54,476 nucleotides of DNA from Deltaproteobacteria bacterium (GTDB taxonomy: Bacteria > Desulfobacterota > Dissulfuribacteria > Dissulfuribacterales > UBA3076). Below, piece by piece: positions 37,200-46,063 of the stretch (within the stretch, counting starts at the first letter, position 1; each line of letters begins with the position of its first letter). Below the pieces are notes generated by a model that ran no database searches, was not told the DNA's origin, and saw only the letters and a list, made by a program, of their open reading frames with translations. The DNA lies in NCBI GenBank assembly GCA_011042225.1, contig DQXT01000056.1, positions 1 through 54,476 of the forward strand. The letters are read 5' to 3'. A program made the translations under genes and the position numbers.

Positions 37200-37994
37200 T
37201 CAGAAAACAAACTCGGCTACCAGGAAAGTATGGTCCGAGGGTTTTTGAACAAGCCTCGAACTGATATCTATATATGCCCTTTCAGCACGATTCGCTAAAG
37301 CAGCTGTAGCAAGTATGTGATCTATGCGCCACCCTAAATGTCTCTTCACTGCATTTGGTATTCTGTAGTCGTAAAACGTATACTGGTCCGGATCCATATT
37401 AAACTTCCGGAATACGTCTATAAATCCCCATGACTTAACTTTCTCCAAGGCCTTGCGGGCATCTTCATGGAAGCAGACGTGATTTGCATGATGATCAGGG
37501 TCATAAACATCTCTTGACTCAGGGGCAACATTGAGGTCTCCACACCAAAGCAGCGGTTCGTCCGCGGAATAATTCCTGTCAAATAGATCTCTTAACCTTT
37601 CAAACCACTTTAGCTTGATCTGAAAATACATGTGGTCCAAGGCCCTACCCTGGGGGACATATGAATTAACAACAGGAATATCTTTTACCATGCAACGGAT
37701 AAGCCTGGCTTCATCCTCCGGACTGTTTTCAAGGTCATCGAAACCAACGGCTATATTGCTCATCTCATGTTTACTGGCGATTGAAACGCCATTATAAGAC
37801 TTCTGGCCTTTGTAGATCACATTATAGTCTATTTTATCAAATGCCTCCCTTGGGAAATTTTCATCCTGTACCTTTGTTTCCTGCATACAAAGAACATCAA
37901 TCGAATTCCTTTCTAGCCAAGGTATCAGTATGTGAAGACGTGACCTTATGGAATTCACATTAAAAGTAGCAATACTGAAGTTATTAGTTTTCAC
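37200..37994 (-). CDS. xthA: Exodeoxyribonuclease III (AP endonuclease)
   Basis: Contains ATFNVNSIRSRL, LCMQETK, GDLNVAP and the C-terminal SDH motif (PSDHTFLVAEF). Confidence 0.9.
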   Translation of the reverse strand: MKTNNFSIATFNVNSIRSRLHILIPWLERNSIDVLCMQETKVQDENFPREAFDKIDYNVIYKGQKSYNGVSIASKHEMSNIAVGFDDLENSPEDEARLIRCMVKDIPVVNSYVPQGRALDHMYFQIKLKWFERLRDLFDRNYSADEPLLWCGDLNVAPESRDVYDPDHHANHVCFHEDARKALEKVKSWGFIDVFRKFNMDPDQYTFYDYRIPNAVKRHLGWRIDHILATAALANRAERAYIDISSRLVQKPSDHTFLVAEFVF

Positions 37995-38170
37995 ATTTTA
38001 AGGCCCCTTGCTGAATACTCTGTTTCATGGTCTGCATAAGTTATGCAAACGCAACCAGGATCGGATTTATGCATTTCACTATTTATTACGATAAATATCC
38101 AAGAGATTAAACTATAAATCAATAGGCTGAAATAATACCGCAACATGGTAAGTCACCAAGGAAAGATTCA

Positions 38171-38512
38171 ATGGGTATTGATGAACGAAAACACGTTAGG
38201 GCACCTATTCAGTTAACTGTTAACTATTCAGATCGACGTTTCTTCTTTACAGAATTCATAAGCAATATCAGTATTGGAGGAATGTGCATAACCGCCTCGA
38301 AACCGCTTGAACCTAAAAGCAAGCTGAGCATAACCAGTTCGACAAAGCCGCCGATCAAAGTTAACGGGATAGTTGCATGGTGTAAAAAGAGTAAAACAAA
38401 CAAATTTAAATACGAAATAGGCATCCGCTTCGATGAGCTCTCAGACGATCAGAAATCCCAAATTTCAGATATTATATCCTCAAGCTTCTGGGAAACGTGT
38501 CATTCTCATTAG
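38171..38512 (+). CDS. PilZ domain protein (c-di-GMP receptor type)
   Basis: Both PilZ motifs are present: RxxxR (ERKHVRA) and [DN]xSxxG (NISIGG). Confidence 0.75.
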   Translation: MGIDERKHVRAPIQLTVNYSDRRFFFTEFISNISIGGMCITASKPLEPKSKLSITSSTKPPIKVNGIVAWCKKSKTNKFKYEIGIRFDELSDDQKSQISDIISSSFWETCHSH

Positions 38513-38608
38513 ATTGATATAAATAATTTTAAAAAACTCCACCGATCATCCAGATCTAGGATAATGGAAGAGCCTTAAGTCTAATCTTCTCCCCCTGGTG
38601 TTTCATTT

Positions 38609-39586
38609 TCACGGGAGTTTTTGTAGTGCCTCAAGGGCGGCTTCCTTTACTTCGTCAGGGTAAAGACCTTTGCAGACACTTTTGAGTTTCGGTATCACAT
38701 TAAGATCCTTTGACTCACCCAAAACATAGAGAATATCGCCTTTAGTATTATCATCTGCCCGGGGAAACCGGTCCCACAAAGGCCCAACAACCTGAGAAGC
38801 CATTTCTTTACGCTCTTCGGCTAAGAACTCAAACGTCACCATGGCGCCCAGGCGAATCTGCCATTTTGCGTGGGTCAGCAGATCTAGAAATGCAGGATAT
38901 ATACTTCCGCTTTCCATCATCATCTGAGCCAGTCCAGCGGCATTACCCTGCTCGATGATTTTTATAAGTGAGTCAGTACCAAGCTGTGAAGGGTCCCTGG
39001 TCAGCATAATATGAACGAGTTCTTCCATCTGAATCGCTCCAGTCCAACGGAACCGGTCATCCAATATAACCGTGGGCACGGACCGGACGTGGTTATATTT
39101 TGCTCTTTCAGGAAACATAGCCCCATCAATAACAGCGATATAGATGAGATTTTCAGATGCGGCGAGAGTCAGTAGCAAAGTCACAACCTGAGGACAAAAA
39201 GGACATTGAGGAGCAATATAGACCTGCAGCAAAGCCGGGGCCTTCAGTTTCTTAAGGACGTCTCGAACCGGTGCACCCGGTTTATCCCCGGGCATGTCGC
39301 ATCTGCCCAGCAAGTTTAAAAAGGGGACCAACTCCCTTCCCAGGGGGACGGCATGATAGGTTATGTTCTCCCCGATACTGATTCCAGGCAACTGTTCGCC
39401 GTCAGCCTCCGCTCTTTCTATATGTACGCCTGGAGCCAGACGGCTAAAGTCTTCGCAAAATGCCTGAATTTGCTTGCTGCGGTGGTCTTCTGTCCGTATA
39501 AAACCGATCCGAATTTCTCCGTCTAATTTCCTATGCCACTCGGTTATAATCGCCTCGTCCTCAGGAGTCATAATATTCGCTTCCAT
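38609..39586 (-). CDS. Thioredoxin/glutaredoxin-like double-domain protein with a HEAT-like C-terminal region
   Basis: Contains the CPFC active site (IAPQCPFCPQV) followed by VPTVILD. The C-terminal helical repeats (LGESKDLNVIPKL...EVKEAALEAL) resemble HEAT/PBS repeats. Confidence 0.65.
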   Translation of the reverse strand: MEANIMTPEDEAIITEWHRKLDGEIRIGFIRTEDHRSKQIQAFCEDFSRLAPGVHIERAEADGEQLPGISIGENITYHAVPLGRELVPFLNLLGRCDMPGDKPGAPVRDVLKKLKAPALLQVYIAPQCPFCPQVVTLLLTLAASENLIYIAVIDGAMFPERAKYNHVRSVPTVILDDRFRWTGAIQMEELVHIMLTRDPSQLGTDSLIKIIEQGNAAGLAQMMMESGSIYPAFLDLLTHAKWQIRLGAMVTFEFLAEERKEMASQVVGPLWDRFPRADDNTKGDILYVLGESKDLNVIPKLKSVCKGLYPDEVKEAALEALQKLP

Positions 39587-39597
39587 ACAAAGAATTA

Positions 39598-39984
39598 TTA
39601 TGCCAATCGTCTGGGATTCAGAAAGAGCTTTATATAACCATCTGTTCGTACTTCGGCCAAAAGTTTTTTGGCCCGCCTGGATATCTCCAGCATATGCTTT
39701 GCACCTTCAGAGCGTCCATCCCAAAAATTTATCACAAAGTCCGCTGATCTGAGCAATACCTCATTTCTCATCATAGTAGCCTTCAGCCCGTGCTTTTCCC
39801 ACTCTGAAGGAATAATCTTCCATTCAAGACCCGCTTCACTTGCGTAGCGCTCGCCCAAACGATCAACCCCTGGAGCATTCCCCGAAAGTACAACGTCTCC
39901 ATCAATCAGCAAATGCTTCAGTACACTTTGAATCAATTCATATGACTCTATACTTCGAGAACCTCCAACAGCCACTCTTGCCAT
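39598..39984 (-). CDS. DUF2493-like SLOG-superfamily protein
   Basis: Contains VAVGGSR, VVLSGNAPGVDRLGERYA, WEKHGLKATMMRNEVLL and INFWDGRSEGAKHM. This matches the GG...G(G/N)AxGxD...W..hG..AG..RN...pattern I recall for DUF2493, which is often phage or mobile-element associated. Confidence 0.65.
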   Translation of the reverse strand: MARVAVGGSRSIESYELIQSVLKHLLIDGDVVLSGNAPGVDRLGERYASEAGLEWKIIPSEWEKHGLKATMMRNEVLLRSADFVINFWDGRSEGAKHMLEISRRAKKLLAEVRTDGYIKLFLNPRRLA

Positions 39985-40344
39985 ATAAAACCGCCTTTAT
40001 TAGTCTTATACCTTCATTCTTTTTCGCCCCGTGCCTGATAATAAATGCCATCGCCTTTCATAGTTCTTGATCCGGTTATTTTACCTTATGAATAATAATC
40101 ATACCTCCTTATACCCCGCCTGGAAAATATAACTTCCCTATTTTTCGTCTTTTTTATATTAGCCATCAAATAGATAGTGAAGCAGCGTCTTTCCAGTCAC
40201 CATTTATTTCCTGCAAATGATCTTAACTGTCTAAATGTTCTAAATAATTGTTGCTAAATAGTTTCTTCCTCCTGTTCTTTCCTTGATACTATGACTTGGC
40301 CCGCGCTCCTGATTTTTGCCTTTTTATTTGGCCATGTTAATTCT

Positions 40345-40509
40345 TTATTTATTTCTTGCGCAAGCTTTATGGACCACCGTACCATCTTTCAACCTCAATT
40401 TTTTACCTGTACCAAATGGCTTTCCACAACGCGGGCAGAAGTCAGTAGCTTTTGGCCACTTAACCTTTTTCTCGCCTATGCCCGAAATGCTGTAACCTCC
40501 TGATTTCAT
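40345..40509 (-). CDS. Small (54-aa) zinc-ribbon-like protein, below the ORF-track cutoff
   Basis: Own translation, checked base by base: MKSGGYSISGIGEKKVKWPKATDFCPRCGKPFGTGKKLRLKDGTVVHKACARNK. It has a CxxC-N18-HxxC motif, and GGAAGG lies 4-9 nt upstream of the ATG. Confidence 0.5.
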   Translation of the reverse strand: MKSGGYSISGIGEKKVKWPKATDFCPRCGKPFGTGKKLRLKDGTVVHKACARNK

Positions 40510-40627
40510 ATCGCCTTCCGCTTATTCCTTAAAATCTGCCTTTAAATCGTTTATAATCTAAAAATTATACCTCTTATTGATTTCAGCACGGAAAACATCT
40601 GCTCAGACTGTGTTTTTCAGTGCAGAA

Positions 40628-40807
40628 TTATCTCTTAATATACGCATTCAGTCCTATTGTCAAAGGCTTGCCGTCAACCATGACGTCGGTGACAATATTC
40701 CCTCTAGTACTGGCCACAATTGAGGTCTTTCCTGATGCACTTGGTACAGGTTCTTTATTAATTTCAATTTCGATATAAAGTTTGTTGTTTTCGATCTTGG
40801 CCTTCAT
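40628..40807 (-). CDS. Small (59-aa) hypothetical protein, below the ORF-track cutoff
   Basis: Own translation, checked base by base: MKAKIENNKLYIEIEINKEPVPSASGKTSIVASTRGNIVTDVMVDGKPLTIGLNAYIKR. A strong AAGGAGA ribosome-binding site lies 6 nt upstream. Confidence 0.5.
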   Translation of the reverse strand: MKAKIENNKLYIEIEINKEPVPSASGKTSIVASTRGNIVTDVMVDGKPLTIGLNAYIKR

Positions 40808-40880
40808 TACGTTTCTCCTTATTTTGTCTCTTTATAGAGACATACACTGAACCGCTGGCATACTCAGCCTAATCAGCTTA

Positions 40881-41168
40881 GTTAAATTTATCTGTTAAGC
40901 GCCTTCTATATAGGCTTGAAACCTGTCTTGACTTATGGCCAATGTAAATAGCGGTCTCAACAATGTTATTTTTACAGAACTTGTAGATTTTATTGGCGAA
41001 ATTTTTACTTAACGAATTGGCTATTACTCGATTATCCGAGCCCTAACAGTTGTGTAATCTTGTGATAATTAGGATGGTATGTATGTATGTATGTATGTTA
41101 ATTGGTTTGATATGCCCTGTGAGCCTTCTTTCTGACTCAGTTATAGCTGTATAAGAAAGGGCCTGCAT
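40881..41168 (-). pseudogene. 96-codon frame interrupted by one in-frame TAG (41043-41045); possible decayed small HTH-like gene
   Basis: The ATG (complement of 41166-41168) is preceded by GAGGA at 9 nt. Translation: MQALSYTAITESERRLTGHIKPINIHTYIHTILIITRLHNC, then TAG, then GSDNRVIANSLSKNFANKIYKFCKNNIVETAIYIGHKSRQVSSLYRRRLTDKFN. The downstream part has no start codon of its own. Confidence 0.3.
41077..41098. repeat. Tetranucleotide microsatellite (GTAT)5.5
   Basis: Read directly: ggtatgtatgtatgtatgtatgtt. It lies inside the interrupted frame, where it encodes IHTYIHT on the minus strand. Confidence 0.9.
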
Positions 41169-41301
41169 TTCAGTCGATCCTCGTTAAATTAAAGCCTGAT
41201 CAAAATTAAATTTTTGAATACAATAAAAAATAGCATAATCAAAAATACGAACAGGCATATAACCACAATTCTAATCAATGAGACATTTATCTACCAAAAC
41301 G

Positions 41302-41598
41302 TCAGTCATCTTCTTCTGAGTTTTCTCTGACAATGTCCTTTACATTCTCAAGAATGTAGAGCACATCATGAACAGTGACTTTTGAATGTTCCTCACAAAA
41401 ATCGTCGATTGTAACAAGTATACACTCGGTTAATTCGTTAAATTGATCCACAGAAAGATTGGAAACAGGCTCCGAAGCCATGAGCGAATCCAGATCAATA
41501 CCATAATATCCTGACAGTTCTTCTTTAATTTTTTTCAGCCTGTAGGCATGCCCTCGACCCGAAGGTTTTCTGTCCCGCATATTTACAACTTTGCCCAT
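41302..41598 (-). CDS. Hypothetical 98-aa protein with a basic N-terminus and an acidic C-terminus
   Basis: ORF with a GGAGG-like ribosome-binding site (ctggaggtctttATG on the minus strand). I recognise no family. Confidence 0.5.
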   Translation of the reverse strand: MGKVVNMRDRKPSGRGHAYRLKKIKEELSGYYGIDLDSLMASEPVSNLSVDQFNELTECILVTIDDFCEEHSKVTVHDVLYILENVKDIVRENSEEDD

Positions 41599-41746
41599 AA
41601 AGACCTCCAGCCTGTGTAAGATGTTTTTTTATATAACACAGGTCTCAAATATATTAGCTCAATTTATTGAGCAGTGGCAAGCTTTTTAAAATAAAATTCA
41701 GAAGTGATCAATTGACAGATTTTATCACAAAAAGTAAATTTCCTCT

Positions 41747-42466
41747 ATGATTCTAGAAGAACTTACCATGCCGGCCTTTATAAAAGCTCTCACTAAAACC
41801 CGCACTATTATAGTCCCCTTTGGTGCTGTCGAAGAACACGGACAACATCTACCATTAGGGACAGATACGATTCATTCGTATGAATTGGCAAAGGAAACAA
41901 GCAAATATCGTCCTATTTTTGTTGCGCCACCAGTGTGGTACGGTCTGTGCAGAAGCACAAATCAACATGCCGGAACAATTACCATATCCGGAGATACCTT
42001 GAAAAGCCTTGCCGTAGAACTCAGCACATCACTTTATAATCAAGGACTCAGAAACTTTATACTCCTTTCCGGTCATGCCGGTGGCACCCACATGGCTGCA
42101 CTCACTGATGCAGGCGAAGAGATACTCTCTAATCTTGAAAAAAGCCGGGTGGCTGTATTGTCTATCCTTGATCTGATAGCTGAAATTCGAGACGGAACTG
42201 TAGAAACAGAAAACGACTCGCATGCCGGTGAAGTAGAGACTTCATTAATGCTCCACCTGAGGCCGGCTTACATAAATGGTACAAGCCCGGAAGAGTATCC
42301 CTCCTTTCCCACACCTATATTGGCGAGAGACAAAAGAAAATTTTGGCCCGGGGGCGTATGGGGTGATCCTTCCAAGGCCTCTCTTGAAAAGGGAAAAACT
42401 TTGCTTCAGAAAGAAGTTGAAGCCCTGCTAAGCCTGGTAAACAGAATCGAGTCTTTTGATGGTTAA
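41747..42466 (+). CDS. Creatininase-family amidohydrolase
   Basis: Contains the metal-ligand motifs FGAVEEHGQHLPLGTD and HAGEVETS, plus LSGHAGG. Confidence 0.85.
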   Translation: MILEELTMPAFIKALTKTRTIIVPFGAVEEHGQHLPLGTDTIHSYELAKETSKYRPIFVAPPVWYGLCRSTNQHAGTITISGDTLKSLAVELSTSLYNQGLRNFILLSGHAGGTHMAALTDAGEEILSNLEKSRVAVLSILDLIAEIRDGTVETENDSHAGEVETSLMLHLRPAYINGTSPEEYPSFPTPILARDKRKFWPGGVWGDPSKASLEKGKTLLQKEVEALLSLVNRIESFDG

Positions 42467-43082
42467 GGCCAATTCAATTTGGGCACTTGGTTTTTGGAAC
42501 GTATTTCTAAAAAATTCTGAATTATGGAGAAAATTGCCATGTCCACGTAATGGCTGTCCTGAGCAAAGATGGATTTTACAAGTAGCTCCGATATTAAACT
42601 GCCTTCTTCTATCTCTTATGGGAGTAGTCTTGTTGCAGGCATGTCAGAACGGCGCAGATCCTTCCAGGGCCCCTGATTTTACACTTTTAAATCTCCGGAA
42701 CAAATCTGTAAACCTCTCTGAATATAAAGGGCAGGTAGTACTTATTAACTTCTTTGCAACCACCTGCCCTCCCTGTAGAGCTGAAATCCCGGATTTCATT
42801 CTTTTGCAAAACAAATATGGTCCGAAGGGTTTTGCCGTTATTGGAATATCTGTTGACCAAAATTGGAAAAGAATTCTTCCTGAATTTGTTCAGGCATTAA
42901 GTATTAACTACCCTATACTGCTTGCCACATCTAGGGTGATAAGAGATTACGGAAATATCTATGCGCTTCCGGCATCCTTTTTGATTGACAAAGAACATCG
43001 GATTCTCAAAAAATATACCGGCCTGGTATCCAAGGACGAACTAGAACCAATCATAGTTAATGCGTTAGGCATCAATAAATAA
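42456..43082 (+). CDS. TlpA/ResA-like periplasmic thiol:disulfide oxidoreductase (probable lipoprotein)
   Basis: Contains INFFATTCPPCRAEIP (CxxC) and a lipobox-like LLQAC. The true start is probably downstream of the track start, for example TTG 42534 after GGAGA. Confidence 0.7.
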   Translation: MMVKANSIWALGFWNVFLKNSELWRKLPCPRNGCPEQRWILQVAPILNCLLLSLMGVVLLQACQNGADPSRAPDFTLLNLRNKSVNLSEYKGQVVLINFFATTCPPCRAEIPDFILLQNKYGPKGFAVIGISVDQNWKRILPEFVQALSINYPILLATSRVIRDYGNIYALPASFLIDKEHRILKKYTGLVSKDELEPIIVNALGINK

Positions 43083-43176
43083 TTCTCCAAGAAAGACAAA
43101 AAATGATTACCCCGTAAAAAGTCATAAAATACAGTTCTTTTCCTTTATACAACGGGAAATAAAAGGGATTTTTAAT

Positions 43177-44529
43177 ATGACAACTTTTGCAACTGATAAA
43201 TTCACAATTCAACAATTCTATAACCGTCGAGAATTTCTTAAGTTATCTGCCCTGGCATCTGCAGGTTTTCTGGCAGGATGTGCCATTAACCCGGTAACGG
43301 GGGAAAAACAGATGATGCTGGTTTCAGAGGAATGGGAAATAGAAGTTGACCAGCAGAATTCGCCTCATCAATTTTCCACAGACTACGGAATACTCCAGGA
43401 TGAAGGATTGAATAGATATATTCAACAGGTCGGGGCCTTGATGGTCCCTCACACCCACCGCCCCCAAATGCCCTATTCTTTTCAAGGGGTCAATGCAACC
43501 TATATCAATGCATATGCCTTTCCAGGCGGAAGCATTGCCGCTACCCGGGGAATTCTGCTTTCACTTGAAAGTGAAGCTGCATTTTCCGCCCTTCTGGGTC
43601 ACGAACTGGGTCATGTCAATGCCAGACATACGGCTCAGCAGATGTCAAAAGGGGCTGTAACTCAAGCCATACTGGGGGGGATAAGTGCTTATGTGGGGAC
43701 CAAAGGAGAATTTTACGGGCAGCTGGCCTCCCAGCTCGGCATGCTGGGCGCCGGGGCGCTTCTGGCATCCTACAGCCGTGACAACGAACGCGAAGCGGAT
43801 TATTTGGGTATGACGTATATGATCAAAAGCGGGTATGGCACAGAAGGTATCGTACAACTGATGACCTTACTAAACGATCTTCATAAGGGAAGCTCCAATG
43901 CAGTTTCCCTTCTTTTCGCCACACACCCCATGAGCCAGGAGCGATACGATACTGCGGTCTCACGAGGGAATTCCGAATTTAGCTATGCCAGAGGAAGGCC
44001 GCTTAATCGAGAACGTTACATGGACAATACCGCCGGTCTTCGAAAGTTGAAAATCCCCATACAGCATTTTCAGGAGGCCGAGGCATTAATGGCCGAAGAA
44101 TCATATGACAAGGCCGAAACTTCTTTTCAAGAGGGATTGAAAATTGCACCATCGGATTATGCCGGCCTGGTTATGATGGCCAAATGTCAATACGCACAGG
44201 AAAAATATGACCGTGCGCTGGATTTTTCTGAAGAGGCCAAGCGGGTGTATCCTGAGGAGGCGCAGGCAAACCATCTTAGCGGGCTTTCCAAAATCAAGCT
44301 AAAGAAATTTGATCAGGCGGTTGAGGATTTCACCAACTATGAAAAAAAACTGCCAGGGAATCCGAACACCATTTTTTATAGAGGATATGCCTTTGAAGGC
44401 ATGGACAACAGGCAAAAATCGGCCGAAGACTACTCTCGATATCTCCAGCAGGTCACAGAGGGAGATAAGGCAGAGTATGCCTATCAACGTTTAGTGAAAT
44501 GGGGGGTCATAAAGCAGTCGAAACAATAA
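43177..44529 (+). CDS. M48-family zinc metalloprotease with C-terminal TPR repeats (BepA-like), Tat/lipoprotein signal
   Basis: Contains NRREFLKLSALASAGFLAGC (twin-arginine motif plus lipobox), HELGHVNARH, and downstream TPR-like repeats. Confidence 0.85.
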   Translation: MTTFATDKFTIQQFYNRREFLKLSALASAGFLAGCAINPVTGEKQMMLVSEEWEIEVDQQNSPHQFSTDYGILQDEGLNRYIQQVGALMVPHTHRPQMPYSFQGVNATYINAYAFPGGSIAATRGILLSLESEAAFSALLGHELGHVNARHTAQQMSKGAVTQAILGGISAYVGTKGEFYGQLASQLGMLGAGALLASYSRDNEREADYLGMTYMIKSGYGTEGIVQLMTLLNDLHKGSSNAVSLLFATHPMSQERYDTAVSRGNSEFSYARGRPLNRERYMDNTAGLRKLKIPIQHFQEAEALMAEESYDKAETSFQEGLKIAPSDYAGLVMMAKCQYAQEKYDRALDFSEEAKRVYPEEAQANHLSGLSKIKLKKFDQAVEDFTNYEKKLPGNPNTIFYRGYAFEGMDNRQKSAEDYSRYLQQVTEGDKAEYAYQRLVKWGVIKQSKQ

Positions 44530-44546
44530 GTTGACAGGAAATCGAT

Positions 44547-44577
44547 CAAGGTAGTAGGAAGATACCTTGTCTTTTTT
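44547..44577 (+). terminator. Rho-independent terminator after the M48 protease gene
   Basis: CAAGGTA, a 9-nt loop, then TACCTTG, followed by TCTTTTTT. Confidence 0.6.
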
Positions 44578-44581
44578 ACCA

Positions 44582-44815
44582 CTATTTTTTAACCCACTTT
44601 ATGACATCCGCCCTAGTCGGGATCTTGCCCACGGATTTCACTTCGCCGTCAACAATGACCGCCGGCGTGCCGAACACGCCGTAACTCGCGATTTTCATTG
44701 CATCCGTCACTTTTTCCACATTGGCGGCGACATTGGCTTCAGCCAGCGCATCCATGACAATGCTCTCGGTCTGTCTACACCTCGGACATCCTGGTCCTAA
44801 TACTTTAATATCCAT
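44582..44815 (-). CDS. Small thioredoxin-fold protein (redox-active disulfide protein 2 type)
   Basis: 77 aa with MDIKVLGPGCPRCRQTE and a GTPAVIVDGEV-type C-terminal half. This protein is a typical companion of the upstream permease family. Confidence 0.85.
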   Translation of the reverse strand: MDIKVLGPGCPRCRQTESIVMDALAEANVAANVEKVTDAMKIASYGVFGTPAVIVDGEVKSVGKIPTRADVIKWVKK

Positions 44816-44860
44816 TGGTTACCTTCCTTTCATGATTTTTTGTTTATTTTTCATATCAGC

Positions 44861-46033
44861 CTATACAACAAACGTCCCATATACCATCCCGGCAATGGTG
44901 GACATAACCACGACGGTGGTGACGAAAACCGCTGTTTTTTTGAATCCCATCACACCGCCAATGACAATCATGTTCGGCAAGGATAGTGCCGGACCCGCTA
45001 AAAGCAGCGCAAGGGCCGGACCCTGTCCCATGCCGGAGCCTAAAAGGCCCTGCAGGATCGGTACTTCGGTCAAGGTGGCAAAATACATCAACGCACCTGC
45101 CATGGACGCAAACAGGTTGGCCGACAAAGAATTGCCGCCCACCAGCATGGCAACGTATTTTTCCGGTATCAGGGCCGGATGGCCGGGACGGCCCAGCAGA
45201 AACCCGGCGGCAATGACGCCGATGGCGAGCAGCGGGGTAATCTGTTTTATAAATCCCCATGTGGCGTCCACCCAGGAGATCAGTTCATCCCTTTTGAACC
45301 AGGCCTTGAGCATCCATGCCAGGACAATCAGCAGAAAGATGGTGACAATCCATTTGGCGGCAAAAATTCCTTTCCAGATCACGGCTGCATCCGGACCGGG
45401 TTTGACAAACGCCGCAAACACCAGGATCAAAATCATGGTCAGCATATACATGGAGTCCTGTATCAAAGTTCGTCCTTTTTCATCTTCATCCGGAAAATAA
45501 AAATTTCCAGCTACCCGCTCTGCATCTTCTTTTCGAAAAATAAACGCCATGGTCAGGCCGACACCCACTGCAAAAACAACAGCGCAGACGGCCCGGGCAA
45601 GGCCCAGCTGCCAACCCAGAATACGGGCGGTGAACACGATGGCCAACACATTGATGGCCGGACCGGAATACAGAAATGCAGTGGCCGGACCGATGCCCGC
45701 ACCCCGGGTGTAAATTCCAGCGAACAGGGGGAGCACGGTACAGGAACACACTGCCAGGATCGTTCCTGAAACCGACGCCACCGAATACGCCAGGACCTTT
45801 TTTGCCTGGGCCCCGAAGTATTTCAGCACCGCCGCCTGGGACACAAATACCGTAATGGCGCCGGCAATAAAAAATGCCGGGATCAGACAGGTCAGTACAT
45901 GTTCCTGGGCGTACTCCTGAAGCATCATAAATGCCTCAAGTCCGGCCTGACGGACCCCCGGGTCGGCCCAGGGGATGAAATAAACGCCAAGATACAGGGC
46001 AACCAGCCAGAAAAGTCTTGTTTTTTCCTTCAT
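44861..46033 (-). CDS. Permease of the ArsP/DUF318-like family (two-repeat membrane permease)
   Basis: 390-aa, GC-rich polytopic protein with an internal duplication-like layout and CxC-type motifs (AVCSCTVLP). Confidence 0.8.
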   Translation of the reverse strand: MKEKTRLFWLVALYLGVYFIPWADPGVRQAGLEAFMMLQEYAQEHVLTCLIPAFFIAGAITVFVSQAAVLKYFGAQAKKVLAYSVASVSGTILAVCSCTVLPLFAGIYTRGAGIGPATAFLYSGPAINVLAIVFTARILGWQLGLARAVCAVVFAVGVGLTMAFIFRKEDAERVAGNFYFPDEDEKGRTLIQDSMYMLTMILILVFAAFVKPGPDAAVIWKGIFAAKWIVTIFLLIVLAWMLKAWFKRDELISWVDATWGFIKQITPLLAIGVIAAGFLLGRPGHPALIPEKYVAMLVGGNSLSANLFASMAGALMYFATLTEVPILQGLLGSGMGQGPALALLLAGPALSLPNMIVIGGVMGFKKTAVFVTTVVVMSTIAGMVYGTFVV

Positions 46034-46063
46034 TTTCTTATTTTTACCTTGTTTAAATAAAAA

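Noticed and set aside
39985-40344. Mini-ORFs of 8, 14, 15 and 26 codons on the minus strand in the 360-bp gap between the zinc-ribbon ORF and the DUF2493 gene. One of them abuts an AAGGAGG sequence.
   Set aside because: None combines a properly spaced ribosome-binding site with a meaningful length. The AAGGAGG is directly adjacent to its ATG with no spacer. The gap may hold a promoter or sRNA, but I cannot support a call.
41043-41045. The in-frame TAG as a pyrrolysine or programmed read-through codon.
   Set aside because: No pyl genes and no methylamine methyltransferase context are visible in the window. A nonsense mutation in a decaying small gene is far more parsimonious. This cannot be excluded without the whole genome.
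41077-41098. The tetranucleotide tract as an ON/OFF phase-variation switch that would fuse the two halves of the interrupted frame.
   Set aside because: Both halves are already in the same frame and are separated by a TAG. I checked that shifting by plus or minus one repeat unit (4 nt) runs into stops within about 30 nt in both alternative frames. Slippage therefore cannot restore a full-length product.
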